A stretch of 20,000 nt of DNA from an uncultured virus (IMG/VR IMGVR_UViG_3300035502_000179) (IMGVR_UViG_3300035502_000179); one strand, 5' to 3'. Shown: positions 6,604 to 15,156, counted from the first letter of the stretch. Notes: generated from the letters alone by a model not told the origin. Program-made: numbers and translations.

Positions 6604-6632
6604 AGTATAGCATATTTAGTGCTATTTGTCAA
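6604..6632 (-). promoter_or_regulatory. Leftward sigmaA promoter, extended -10
   Basis: On the - strand: TTGACA (6632-6627), 17-bp spacer, TGc, TATACT (6609-6604). Confidence 0.85.
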
Positions 6633-6676
6633 GCATAAATTTAATAAATTTAGCACTTTTTGCTTTTATACAGCAC

Positions 6677-6705
6677 TTGACAAATCCGGTTATTTATGCT
6701 ATAAT
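6677..6705 (+). promoter_or_regulatory. Rightward sigmaA promoter for terL, divergent from the leftward promoter
   Basis: TTGACA (6677-6682), 17-bp spacer, TGc, TATAAT (6700-6705). Confidence 0.88.
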
Positions 6706-6726
6706 AATCTATATTTGGGGGTAAAT

Positions 6727-7977
6727 ATGCCAGAATTTAATATAAAATTAAGCGACCATTTCATACCGAAATATTTTGATTTGGTTGATGATGTTTTAGA
6801 CCATCGTCATACACACTACAAATTATACGGGGGTCGTGGTAGCACCAAGTCATCTGCTATTAGTTTACTAATACCACTAATCATGCTGAACAATCCAAAA
6901 GTTCATGCTATTTGTTTTAGAAAAGTAGCTAATACCCTAAAGACTTCTGTATATGCACAATTAGAGTGGGCGATAGAAGAATTAGGTTGGCGAGAATATT
7001 TCAGATTTAGAACTAACCCAATGGATATAACATTCAAACCTACTGGTCAGAAAATATTATTCATGGGTTTGGATGACGCCGGTAAGATAAAATCTGTTAA
7101 AGTACCATTTGGTTACATTGGCATAACGTGGTGGGAAGAAGAAGACCAATATACAGGTGAAACAGAAATTCGTAAAGTCTTACAGTCTACTATGCGTGGC
7201 GGCGATAAGTTCTGGGACTTTAGGTCGTTTAACCCTCCTATTTCAGCAGCAAACTGGGCGAACAAAGATGTGTTATTAAATCGTGATGACACATTTGTTA
7301 TGAAGTCTTGCTACTTAGATGTGCCTAAAGAATGGCTGGGTCAAGCATTTATAGACGAAGCTGAATATCTAAAAGAGATAAATCCTAAAGCCTACCAACA
7401 CGAATATTTAGGCGATGCAATAGGCGATGGCGGTAATGTATTCGAGAATGTAAAAGCATACGTTATGCCTGATGAACTCATTAAAGAGTTCGATAGAATA
7501 TACAATGGTATTGACTGGGGATATTTCCCTGACCCATTTGTTTTTGTTCGTATGCACTTTGATGTATCAAAACGTGATTTATATATCTTTGCAGAACATA
7601 TAGCCTATAAGCAAACAAACAGAGCAGCGTTTGACCAAGTATACAATGAGCGTAAGTTAGCGAGTTTAGAAGAATTAGTTACTGCTGATAGTGCAGAACC
7701 GAAATCAATAGCAGACTTTAACGAATATGGCGCAAACTGTCGCCCCGCTGAAAAAGGAGCCGACAGTGTTACATATAGCATGAAGTGGCTCCAGGGATTA
7801 AATCACATTTACATTGACCCTAATAGATGCCCATTTACTCTTGAAGAATTTATAACTTATGAGTATGAGCGAGATAAAGATGGCAATGTTATTAGTGGTT
7901 ATCCAGATATAGGTAATCACGCGGTCGATGGAGTCAGATATGCTCTAAACCGTCACTGGAAGCGCAGAGGTAATTAA
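6727..7977 (+). CDS. terL: Terminase large subunit, PBSX/SPP1-like
   Basis: Walker A GGRGSTKS, Walker B WWEE, SFNPP motif, and nuclease residues GIDWG, ADSAEP and NHAVDGVRYA. The start is ATG 6727 (RBS GGGGG). The track's extension to 6529 runs over the promoters. Confidence 0.97.
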   Translation: MPEFNIKLSDHFIPKYFDLVDDVLDHRHTHYKLYGGRGSTKSSAISLLIPLIMLNNPKVHAICFRKVANTLKTSVYAQLEWAIEELGWREYFRFRTNPMDITFKPTGQKILFMGLDDAGKIKSVKVPFGYIGITWWEEEDQYTGETEIRKVLQSTMRGGDKFWDFRSFNPPISAANWANKDVLLNRDDTFVMKSCYLDVPKEWLGQAFIDEAEYLKEINPKAYQHEYLGDAIGDGGNVFENVKAYVMPDELIKEFDRIYNGIDWGYFPDPFVFVRMHFDVSKRDLYIFAEHIAYKQTNRAAFDQVYNERKLASLEELVTADSAEPKSIADFNEYGANCRPAEKGADSVTYSMKWLQGLNHIYIDPNRCPFTLEEFITYEYERDKDGNVISGYPDIGNHAVDGVRYALNRHWKRRGN

Positions 7978-8028
7978 ACTAACCACTCTTGGCATTTGGT
8001 TAAAGTTGTGTATTAAAGGAATTTTGAC

Positions 8029-8289
8029 ATGTTTAATGACTATAAAATAATACAATGTCTCGATAATATGGATGAGGTCGTAGACTTTGTTCTGTCTAAT
8101 GGCGGTGAAATGTATGCTGGCACAGTCACCAGCGGCGTCATACCTTCAACTATGGATTATTATTTAACTACACTTGATGGCGATGTGCAACTGCATTATG
8201 GTGACTACATAATCTGTAAATCAGCATTTGAGTTTGAAGTTCTAAGCGAAGCTGAATATGATGACATATATGGGGGTTTGGCAGATTGA
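8029..8289 (+). CDS. Hypothetical acidic protein (86 aa)
   Basis: RBS AAGGA. Contains a TLDGD......GDYII motif seen in small phage proteins. Confidence 0.75.
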   Translation: MFNDYKIIQCLDNMDEVVDFVLSNGGEMYAGTVTSGVIPSTMDYYLTTLDGDVQLHYGDYIICKSAFEFEVLSEAEYDDIYGGLAD

Positions 8290-8477
8290 TTTCAGTATTG
8301 TATAATGGCACTGAGTATGTTGGTAGACTAATCTCAATTAACAGCATAGCGCGAGAGGTCTATACAGACGATGGCACAGCTATTAAGAATGAAGCATACA
8401 ATGTTTTGCTAATAGATGCGTTTGGCGCAATGATAGGTCTTACGATAACTGATTTATCTGATATAATACCACTGTAA
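8286..8477 (+). CDS. Hypothetical protein (63 aa)
   Basis: TTG start overlapping the upstream TGA, with RBS GGGGG. Fills the gap before the portal gene. Confidence 0.65.
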   Translation: MISVLYNGTEYVGRLISINSIAREVYTDDGTAIKNEAYNVLLIDAFGAMIGLTITDLSDIIPL

Positions 8478-8489
8478 CTGGGGGTAAAT

Positions 8490-10046
8490 ATGTTTACTCG
8501 ACTTATTGAGATTGTAAGAGGGGTTGTACGAAGATTGTTAGGTAAAAGAGAATTACAAGACATAATAAACGTAGAAGCGGCGGTATCAGATAAGATGCGT
8601 GATGCAATCTCTCTCTGGAGTGATATGTATACTGGTCAAGCGCCGTGGGTAAAAGAGCCTACTTACGATAACCCTGAAAGGGTTGTATCTTTAGGCTTAC
8701 CAGCTTTTATTGCAAGTGAGAAAGCAAGAATGGCAACGCTTGAAATGAAGTCTGTTGTTACTGACGGTAAATCTCCAGCAAGCGATAAAGACGATTTAAC
8801 AACTCGTGCTGGCTACCTGAATAGTCAGTATAAGAAGTTGTTAAAACAAATCAGAAAGCAACTTGAATACGGTATAGCCCTTGGGGCATTAGTTATTAAA
8901 CCTTACATTTATGTTGATAACTCTATTGAATTTAGTTTTACTACTGCTGATAACTTCTATCCTATCACATTTGACAGCACTGGTAAGCTGATTAGTGCCG
9001 CTTTCTTAGACAGCTTTACCGATGGTAAAATGGCTTACACTAAGGTTGAGCTGCACACCCTTGATGTTCAGAATAGAACAGTCACAGTGCTGAACACTGC
9101 TTATAAGTATGACCTCGGTAACAAATATAATAATCAGCGACTTAATTATTTAGGTCAAGAAGTGCCCCTCACTTCTATTCCTGTGTGGGCGCACATTGCT
9201 CCAGAAGTGACAATCAGTGGTGTTGATAGACTACTGTTCAGCTATTTTCGTATGCCAGAAGCAAATACTGTCGATAAGAATAGCCCTCTCGGTGTGAGCG
9301 CTTACAGTAGAGCAGTTAGCCTAATAAAAGATGCTGATATACAATACAGTCGTCTGCTCTGGGAATTTGAAGGCGGTCAAATGGCTATTGACATTGATGT
9401 ACACGCTCTTAGAACTGAATTAACCCAAGATGGCAAAAAGGTAGAAGTAGCTAATAATTTCCAGCGTAGATTGTACCGTAAGGTTGACCTGAATGATGAT
9501 GCTACCTACAGTGTATTTAATCCTGCTCTACGTGATATTAACTATGTCAATGGCTTAAATACAATCTTCATGCGAATTGAAGATGTTTGTGGCATTAGCC
9601 GTGGTGTTATCAGTGATATAACCAGAAGTGAAGCAAAGACCGCTACTGAAATGCTTATCTTAAAGCAGAGAAGTTTTGCAGCAAACAGAGATATTCAAAC
9701 AGCTTTACAGTACGCACTTGAAGACGCTGTATATGTAATGAATGTCTACTGTGACCTGTATAATCTTGCTCCTGCTGGTGAATATCATGTGTCTTATGAG
9801 TGGGACGATAGTTTAATCACCTCGCCTGACGAGGAACTTGCCCGTAGACTTAGCTTGCTGTCGAGCGGCATTGACTCTAAGTTGAATATCAGAATGTGGT
9901 ATTTCGGTGAAACTGAGGAACAGGCAAAAGTAGCCTTAGAGCGAGTTGACGAAGAAGCAGAAAGAAAAGCCGAATTAGCCGCTAAAGCGACTGGCTTACA
10001 AAATAAGAGCGATACCCAAAATAAAGATGAACGAGGTACTAAATGA
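8490..10046 (+). CDS. Portal protein (A118/SPP1 gp6-like)
   Basis: 518 aa, located after terL. Motifs W.DMY.G..PW, LEYGIALG...KPY, P.AN.VD..SPLGVS.Y, KTATE and WDDS. Confidence 0.93.
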   Translation: MFTRLIEIVRGVVRRLLGKRELQDIINVEAAVSDKMRDAISLWSDMYTGQAPWVKEPTYDNPERVVSLGLPAFIASEKARMATLEMKSVVTDGKSPASDKDDLTTRAGYLNSQYKKLLKQIRKQLEYGIALGALVIKPYIYVDNSIEFSFTTADNFYPITFDSTGKLISAAFLDSFTDGKMAYTKVELHTLDVQNRTVTVLNTAYKYDLGNKYNNQRLNYLGQEVPLTSIPVWAHIAPEVTISGVDRLLFSYFRMPEANTVDKNSPLGVSAYSRAVSLIKDADIQYSRLLWEFEGGQMAIDIDVHALRTELTQDGKKVEVANNFQRRLYRKVDLNDDATYSVFNPALRDINYVNGLNTIFMRIEDVCGISRGVISDITRSEAKTATEMLILKQRSFAANRDIQTALQYALEDAVYVMNVYCDLYNLAPAGEYHVSYEWDDSLITSPDEELARRLSLLSSGIDSKLNIRMWYFGETEEQAKVALERVDEEAERKAELAAKATGLQNKSDTQNKDERGTK

Positions 10047-11011
10047 ACGAGTGGCAAGAGTTAGCAATAGCTTTAGAAGAGCAAGGATTAACCAATTCTG
10101 AGATTACTCAGGCGATTAGAGAACGTGGCATATTAGCCGATATACCTCGCCGTAAGGCTTATGACCGTGTTCGTAAGTATCTTACCCGGCGAAAGGCTAA
10201 AAAGCCGACAGAAGCCACTACAAAGCCTGTGGTGGTGCAAAATTATGAACCTATTGCCTATGATGCAAAGTGGTCGGGCGATAAAGTAATTAGATTTGCT
10301 TTAATAGGTGATACTCATATCAATAGTAAGTATACTCAGCTTACACACTTGCATAACTTTTATGAAGTTTGTAAGCGGGAGGGCATTGATACTGTATACC
10401 ACACTGGCGATATAGATGATGGCGACCAGATGCGTGTTGGACACCAGTATGAGCTTTACAAAGTCGGTTCAGATGACCATGTGAACGAGATTGTTAGAGT
10501 ATACCCTAAGATAGATGGTATTACTACTAAGTTTATTTGTGGCAATCACGATGCTTCCATCTACAAGCATTGTGGGCATGACATTGGTGTTCAAATAGCT
10601 GCGCAGAGAGACGATATGGTTTATCTCGGCAGAGATTGTTCAGTTATCAACCTCACACCTAACTGCACATTAGAACTTCGTCATCCTTGGGATGGTACAA
10701 GTTACGCTTTATCTTATAAGATGCAAAAGATAATTGACACTATGGATAGTTACAACAAGCCTAATATTCTTGCCGTAGGTCATTATCACAAGATGGAACA
10801 AATATACTACAAGAACGTGTTCGCATTTCAGACAGCTTGTTTTCAGTCTGCTACCCCCTTTACTGTTGGTAAGGGTTTAAGTGTATCTATGGGTGGTTGG
10901 ATAATTGAGGTAACTGTTCACGATGACGGCACTATTGACAACTTAGTGGCTAAGTTCGTGCCATATAGTGATTTTATCAAAAACGACTATCTGAATTTTG
11001 TGAACACTTGA
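10043..11011 (+). CDS. Calcineurin-like metallophosphoesterase with N-terminal helical (HTH-like) extension
   Basis: Motifs GDTH, GDIDDG, GNHD, LRHP and GHYH. ATGA-coupled to the portal gene. Confidence 0.92.
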   Translation: MNEWQELAIALEEQGLTNSEITQAIRERGILADIPRRKAYDRVRKYLTRRKAKKPTEATTKPVVVQNYEPIAYDAKWSGDKVIRFALIGDTHINSKYTQLTHLHNFYEVCKREGIDTVYHTGDIDDGDQMRVGHQYELYKVGSDDHVNEIVRVYPKIDGITTKFICGNHDASIYKHCGHDIGVQIAAQRDDMVYLGRDCSVINLTPNCTLELRHPWDGTSYALSYKMQKIIDTMDSYNKPNILAVGHYHKMEQIYYKNVFAFQTACFQSATPFTVGKGLSVSMGGWIIEVTVHDDGTIDNLVAKFVPYSDFIKNDYLNFVNT

Positions 11012-11036
11012 CAAATCCAACATTTTGTGGTATAAT
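11008..11036 (+). promoter_or_regulatory. Consensus sigmaA promoter upstream of the head genes
   Basis: TTGACA (11008-11013), 17-bp spacer, TGg, TATAAT (11031-11036). Confidence 0.88.
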
Positions 11037-11065
11037 ATAATGAAGATAGTTTGAGAGAGTGCGTT

Positions 11066-11230
11066 ATGATAAATAAATTACGATGTGACTGCGGAAAATG
11101 GTTAGCACGTCTCGATGACAATGGTGACATTTTCGTGTGGTGCAAAAATTGTAAAAAAGAAGTCAAACTGACACCAACTAAACCCGTTAGGCACAAAGAT
11201 AACAAGTCGGAGGTAGTTGACAGTGAGTGA
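11066..11230 (+). CDS. Mu Com-like zinc-ribbon protein (54 aa, not in the ORF track)
   Basis: MINKLRCDCGKWLARLDDNGDIFVWCKNCKKEV... fits the RC.CGK.LA ... WC..C pattern. Confidence 0.75.
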   Translation: MINKLRCDCGKWLARLDDNGDIFVWCKNCKKEVKLTPTKPVRHKDNKSEVVDSE

Positions 11231-11492
11231 ATGGGCTGTTGTCGGAGTAATAGTTGTTCTTGTAGGCTTGGTAGCAACCATAGTGAAGCCTATGATAACT
11301 TTAACTAAGACACTGACAGAATTGACCGTGCTTGTTCGTGAATGTCAGACTGCGGTCAATGAACTTACAGCCAAAAGTCATAAGACCCACGAAGATATTT
11401 ATGACAAGCTTGATGCTCACGGTAATCAAATTCGTGACCATGAGTATCGGCTACAAACTATTGAAAAACAAGAGCAATCCCATAATTTATGA
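11223..11492 (+). CDS. Single-pass membrane protein with coiled-coil tail (XhlA/holin-accessory-like)
   Basis: RBS GGAGG (11209-11213) suits GTG 11223. Hydrophobic N-terminus and C-terminal LD.H...I.DHE.RL..IE. Confidence 0.75.
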   Translation: MSEWAVVGVIVVLVGLVATIVKPMITLTKTLTELTVLVRECQTAVNELTAKSHKTHEDIYDKLDAHGNQIRDHEYRLQTIEKQEQSHNL

Positions 11493-11520
11493 ACATAAGT
11501 TAGCCTACTAATAAGGGCAA

Positions 11521-11561
11521 AACACAAGTCGATAGCATCAGACTAAAAACTGCTTAGTGTT
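11521..11561 (+). promoter_or_regulatory. Candidate H-type pseudoknot in the scaffold gene leader
   Basis: Stem AGTC/GACT (11527-30/11541-44), loop AGCA pairing with TGCT (11534-37/11551-54), and outer AACAC/GTGTT, directly before RBS GGAGG. Confidence 0.5.
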
Positions 11562-11572
11562 ATGGAGGAAAA

Positions 11573-12172
11573 ATGACTAACGAATTTCTCAGAGGATTAA
11601 ACCTTGATGAAGAAATCATTAAGCAAATTCAGGCAGAAGCGGGTAAAGACCGAACTGCGATGCAAAGGCAGATTGATACTTTAACTACTAATGTATCTGA
11701 TTTGCAAGGTCAAATTACTGAGCGTGAAAATAATATTGCTAATATACAGCAACAATTAACCGAAGCGCAAGGTAGCAAAACTAAGATGAACGAATTACAG
11801 CAGAGTCTTACTAATCTGCAAAACCAGTATGAAGCCGATAAGACTTCTTGGCAACAGAAGATGAACACTCAGCAGTATGAGTTCCTCGCAAAAGAAACCA
11901 TTGGCGGTATTAAATTTAGTAGTAATGCCGCAAGAGAGAACTTCTATCAAAAGCTGATAGAAAAGAATTTACCTGTTGAAAATCAAAAGTTATTAGGCTT
12001 TGACGATTATCTGAACGAGATAAAGACTCAAGACCCCGGAGCATTTGTGGTTGAGCAGTCACAAGAGCCTGACCATCCTATTTTTGCTGATGGCGGAGGT
12101 CAGAAACCACCTGATAGCGGTAATAAAAACTCCTTTAACTTTAATTTCACGGGTATAAGAAAACATGAATAA
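11573..12172 (+). CDS. Capsid scaffolding protein (Phage GP20-like)
   Basis: Located before the major capsid gene. MT.EFL..L.L.EE.I..I....GKD start, coiled coil, and LLGFDD....IK..DP.AF. Confidence 0.88.
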   Translation: MTNEFLRGLNLDEEIIKQIQAEAGKDRTAMQRQIDTLTTNVSDLQGQITERENNIANIQQQLTEAQGSKTKMNELQQSLTNLQNQYEADKTSWQQKMNTQQYEFLAKETIGGIKFSSNAARENFYQKLIEKNLPVENQKLLGFDDYLNEIKTQDPGAFVVEQSQEPDHPIFADGGGQKPPDSGNKNSFNFNFTGIRKHE

Positions 12173-12194
12173 AATTTAAGGAGAAATCTATAAT

Positions 12195-13109
12195 ATGGCA
12201 ACTTTAAACTATGCAGTTGATTATTCTCGTGAGCTTGACCAAGCATTTCCTTATGTGCTTAATTTCGGCGCTCTGTACGCGACCCCTAATAATGGTCGTT
12301 ATCGTTGGGTAAATGCTAAGACCATTGAGATACCCCATATCACTACCACTGGTCGTGTGAATGCAGACCGTGACTCTATTGCAACTGCGTCTCGCAACTA
12401 TGATAATAGCTGGCAGACCAAGACGCTCAAGAATGAGCGTAAATGGTCCACTCTGGTTCATCCCATGGACATTGACGAGACTAATATGACCACCACCATT
12501 GGTAATATCACTCGCGTGTTCAATGAGGAGCAGAAGTTCCCCGAAATGGATGCCTATCTTATCTCTAAGATTTATAATGAGTGGACTACCTCTGTTGATA
12601 GTGAGGGCTATGTCGGCAAGACTGCTGATACTACTGCTTTGACTGTTGATAACGTGCTGAATGTCTTTGACCAGCTTATGCTGAATATGGATAATGCGCG
12701 TGTGCCTGCAAATGGTCGTATTCTGTATGTGACCCATGAGATTAAGACCATGCTCAAGCAAGCCACTCAGATTACTCGTAACTTCGATGTTCAGACTGGC
12801 GCTGACCGCATTAACCGTGCCGTGTCTCGTCTTGACGAGGTTGAGGTCATTGGTGTTCCTGCTTCTCTGATGAAGACCGCCTATGACTTTACTACTGGCT
12901 TCAAGGTTGCTGGCGGTGCAAAGCAGATAAATATGCTGCTCATTCATCCCACTGCGGTTATCACCCCCGTGAAGTATACTTTCTCTCGTCTTGACGAACC
13001 CTCTGCTGGCTCTGAGGGCAAGTATGTGTACTACGAGGAGTCTTACGAGGATGTGTTCATTCTGAACAACAAGGCTGACGCTATTCAGTTTAATATCTCT
13101 GCTGAGTAA
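12195..13109 (+). CDS. Major capsid protein
   Basis: 304 aa after the scaffold gene, strong RBS AAGGAG, highly biased codons. Motifs LNYA..Y...LD.., VHPMD.DET and PEMDAY..SK. Confidence 0.93.
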   Translation: MATLNYAVDYSRELDQAFPYVLNFGALYATPNNGRYRWVNAKTIEIPHITTTGRVNADRDSIATASRNYDNSWQTKTLKNERKWSTLVHPMDIDETNMTTTIGNITRVFNEEQKFPEMDAYLISKIYNEWTTSVDSEGYVGKTADTTALTVDNVLNVFDQLMLNMDNARVPANGRILYVTHEIKTMLKQATQITRNFDVQTGADRINRAVSRLDEVEVIGVPASLMKTAYDFTTGFKVAGGAKQINMLLIHPTAVITPVKYTFSRLDEPSAGSEGKYVYYEESYEDVFILNNKADAIQFNISAE

Positions 13110-13123
13110 TAGGTGATTAACCA

Positions 13124-13363
13124 ATGGCTTTTGTAAAAAGAGCAAATGTTGTTCTTGAAGTGAAAGACGAAGATATTCAGATGTATATGAGCAAAGGCTA
13201 TAGTGTTATTGACGAGAATGGCAATATGCTTAAAGAGTGTATGCCGACTGATATAAATGCTTTACAGCTTGCTTATATAGCTGACAAGAAAACTATCGCT
13301 TCTCTGCAAGAGCAAATAAAAGAACTTACTGCCCAATTAAAGGCAAGTAAGAAATCTAAGTAA
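13124..13363 (+). CDS. Small head-associated hypothetical protein (79 aa)
   Basis: RBS AGGTG. Position after the major capsid gene. C-terminal coiled coil. Confidence 0.8.
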   Translation: MAFVKRANVVLEVKDEDIQMYMSKGYSVIDENGNMLKECMPTDINALQLAYIADKKTIASLQEQIKELTAQLKASKKSK

Positions 13364-13383
13364 CTAATGAGGTGGCTTCATTG

Positions 13384-13821
13384 ATGTATTTGACCTACGA
13401 TGAATATGTAACAGAGTATGGTGGTACTATTGATGAAGCCACCTTTACGCAGTACGCTTTCAAAGCACAAAAGGCAATAGATAAAGTTACAGCTTGCCGT
13501 GTCGAGAAAATGAAAGAAGTTCCAGTCGCTGTAAAAATGTGTATGAATGAGTTGATAAAACTTGAAGTCATATACAATGCAAATGTGGCTACTGTCGTAG
13601 AGGGTACAGCAAACGGCGGTAATGGAAGTGGCAAGCTAATCAGCAGCTTCTCTAATGATGGCTATTCTGAAACTTATTCATCTGGACAGTCTGATGTGGG
13701 TTCTTACCTATTCGCTGTAAGAAAAGCCCTCGATAAGAACCAAGCAAAAATGATTGGCGATTATCTTGTGGGTGAATATGATGATTTTGGAGTGCCACTT
13801 TTATATAGAGGTGTTCGCTAA
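13384..13821 (+). CDS. Head-tail connector/adaptor protein
   Basis: YLTYDEY...YGG.....F.....KA...ID..T..R, S.SNDGYSETY and C-terminal LLYRGV. Confidence 0.85.
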   Translation: MYLTYDEYVTEYGGTIDEATFTQYAFKAQKAIDKVTACRVEKMKEVPVAVKMCMNELIKLEVIYNANVATVVEGTANGGNGSGKLISSFSNDGYSETYSSGQSDVGSYLFAVRKALDKNQAKMIGDYLVGEYDDFGVPLLYRGVR

Positions 13822-14246
13822 TGCGATTATGTGATGATGTAATAACAGTTTATAACAGTTATACAGACCCACTAACTCGATACAAAGTTTATTTGCCGAC
13901 TGTACTAAGAGGTGTCTCATGGTTTGGTAGTCTACAAGTGACTGTCGGTAATGATGGTTTACTTAGTGCCAGCCAGTATTCTATACGAATACCGTCTGAT
14001 GCTGACTCGGAAGGTAAACAGTACGTTTCGCCTAAAGAATTTGCTGCAATACCTAATGACCAGATGCCTAATTATTGGACATTATCAGAAGGTGACAGCA
14101 TAGTTCATGGGGCTGTAAACGATACTGGCACAGACGCAAAACCCGGAGCGCTTGAAGCTAAATATGACGAGGTAATAAATATAGTTGCCGTTACAGACAA
14201 CAGACGTGTGACCAATGCGCCACACTGGAAAGTGGTGGGCAAGTGA
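13821..14246 (+). CDS. Putative head-closure protein (DUF6751-like)
   Basis: Position. Motifs IT.YN, L.GVSW, WTL..GD.IV.G and C-terminal HWKV.G. Confidence 0.75.
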   Translation: MRLCDDVITVYNSYTDPLTRYKVYLPTVLRGVSWFGSLQVTVGNDGLLSASQYSIRIPSDADSEGKQYVSPKEFAAIPNDQMPNYWTLSEGDSIVHGAVNDTGTDAKPGALEAKYDEVINIVAVTDNRRVTNAPHWKVVGK

Positions 14247-14683
14247 CAGAAATAAATACTCTTGAAAATCTCAGATTATGGTTTTTATCTTGCCCACTGG
14301 TAAACGCAATATTTAACTTTGGCGTAGATTATATAGGCACGAAAGCTACTGAATGCTCGATTTACTCTACCTCATCTAATCTTCGTTATATAGAAGATAT
14401 AATGGGTAATATAACGTATACAAAGAGACAGACGTTGTACTTCTACTTTGATGTAAGATTTCCGTATGGTGATGATGCTGAACAGAATTTAATAAACTTA
14501 CATTTCTTTGAGAATGTGCAACAATGGATGTATGAACAGAACGTCCTGAAGAACTTTCCAGAAATTGCCGAGGGCACTGTTGTTAGTATAATGCCAACTA
14601 AAACTGTAAGTGGCGTTACCGCTGATGCAGATAGCGCAGTTTACGAAATACAGTGTGCAATGAATTACGATAGGTTTGATTGA
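14243..14683 (+). CDS. Putative tail-completion/terminator protein
   Basis: GTGA overlap. The motifs CP, VDY.G, N.....FFE...W..EQ and A.Y.IQC...Y resemble clostridial siphophage neck proteins. Confidence 0.7.
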   Translation: MTEINTLENLRLWFLSCPLVNAIFNFGVDYIGTKATECSIYSTSSNLRYIEDIMGNITYTKRQTLYFYFDVRFPYGDDAEQNLINLHFFENVQQWMYEQNVLKNFPEIAEGTVVSIMPTKTVSGVTADADSAVYEIQCAMNYDRFD

Positions 14684-14685
14684 CC

Positions 14686-15156
14686 ATGGGCAAAGCTAAT
14701 ATAAAAGTCTCAAAAGGATTAAACTGGCTGATAAACCCTAAAGAAATATTACCAGCTTTAGCTCGTAGCAATGACTTGGCTTTAGACATGATGGTTCCAC
14801 ATATAATAAAAGATACTGAGCCATTTGTGCCTAAAAACACTGGTATGTTACGCGAGAGCGCGTATGATGATATTGATATAAAAAGTCATGGCGCATATAG
14901 TGATGCGCAACTCACTATACACTATTCAAGACCAATACAACACGTTGGTAAAAATGGTCGAGTGTATACTAAAGAGGGCGCGCCTATGTTGTATAAAGGG
15001 TTAAACCCGATAACGGGCGCTCCAATTAAAAAATGGACAACCGAGGGTACTGATGCGCAATGGGTAGAGCGGTCAATAGAAGTTAATTCAGCAAAATGGA
15101 AAGACCAATTCGGCAAAGAGTACGTTCAAATATTCAGAAAAGAAATGAAAATGTAA
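14686..15156 (+). CDS. Neck/minor virion protein (A118 gp10-like minor capsid family)
   Basis: Motifs D...FVP..TG.L..S and W.ER......W. Confidence 0.75.
   Translation: MGKANIKVSKGLNWLINPKEILPALARSNDLALDMMVPHIIKDTEPFVPKNTGMLRESAYDDIDIKSHGAYSDAQLTIHYSRPIQHVGKNGRVYTKEGAPMLYKGLNPITGAPIKKWTTEGTDAQWVERSIEVNSAKWKDQFGKEYVQIFRKEMKM

Noticed and set aside
6529..6726. N-terminal extension of TerL in the ORF track
   Set aside because: It overlaps two promoters and leader 2. The RBS supports ATG 6727.
7980..8002. Hairpin TAACCA/TGGTTA with TTGGCA in the loop after terL, a possible third kissing-loop element
   Set aside because: The 6-bp stem is weak, and there is no nearby complementary loop or T tract.
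12204..13145. 313-aa ORF antisense to the major capsid gene
   Set aside because: It is explained by the strong codon bias of a highly expressed gene and has no RBS or recognisable motif. The same applies to the antisense ORFs over the tail and tape measure genes.
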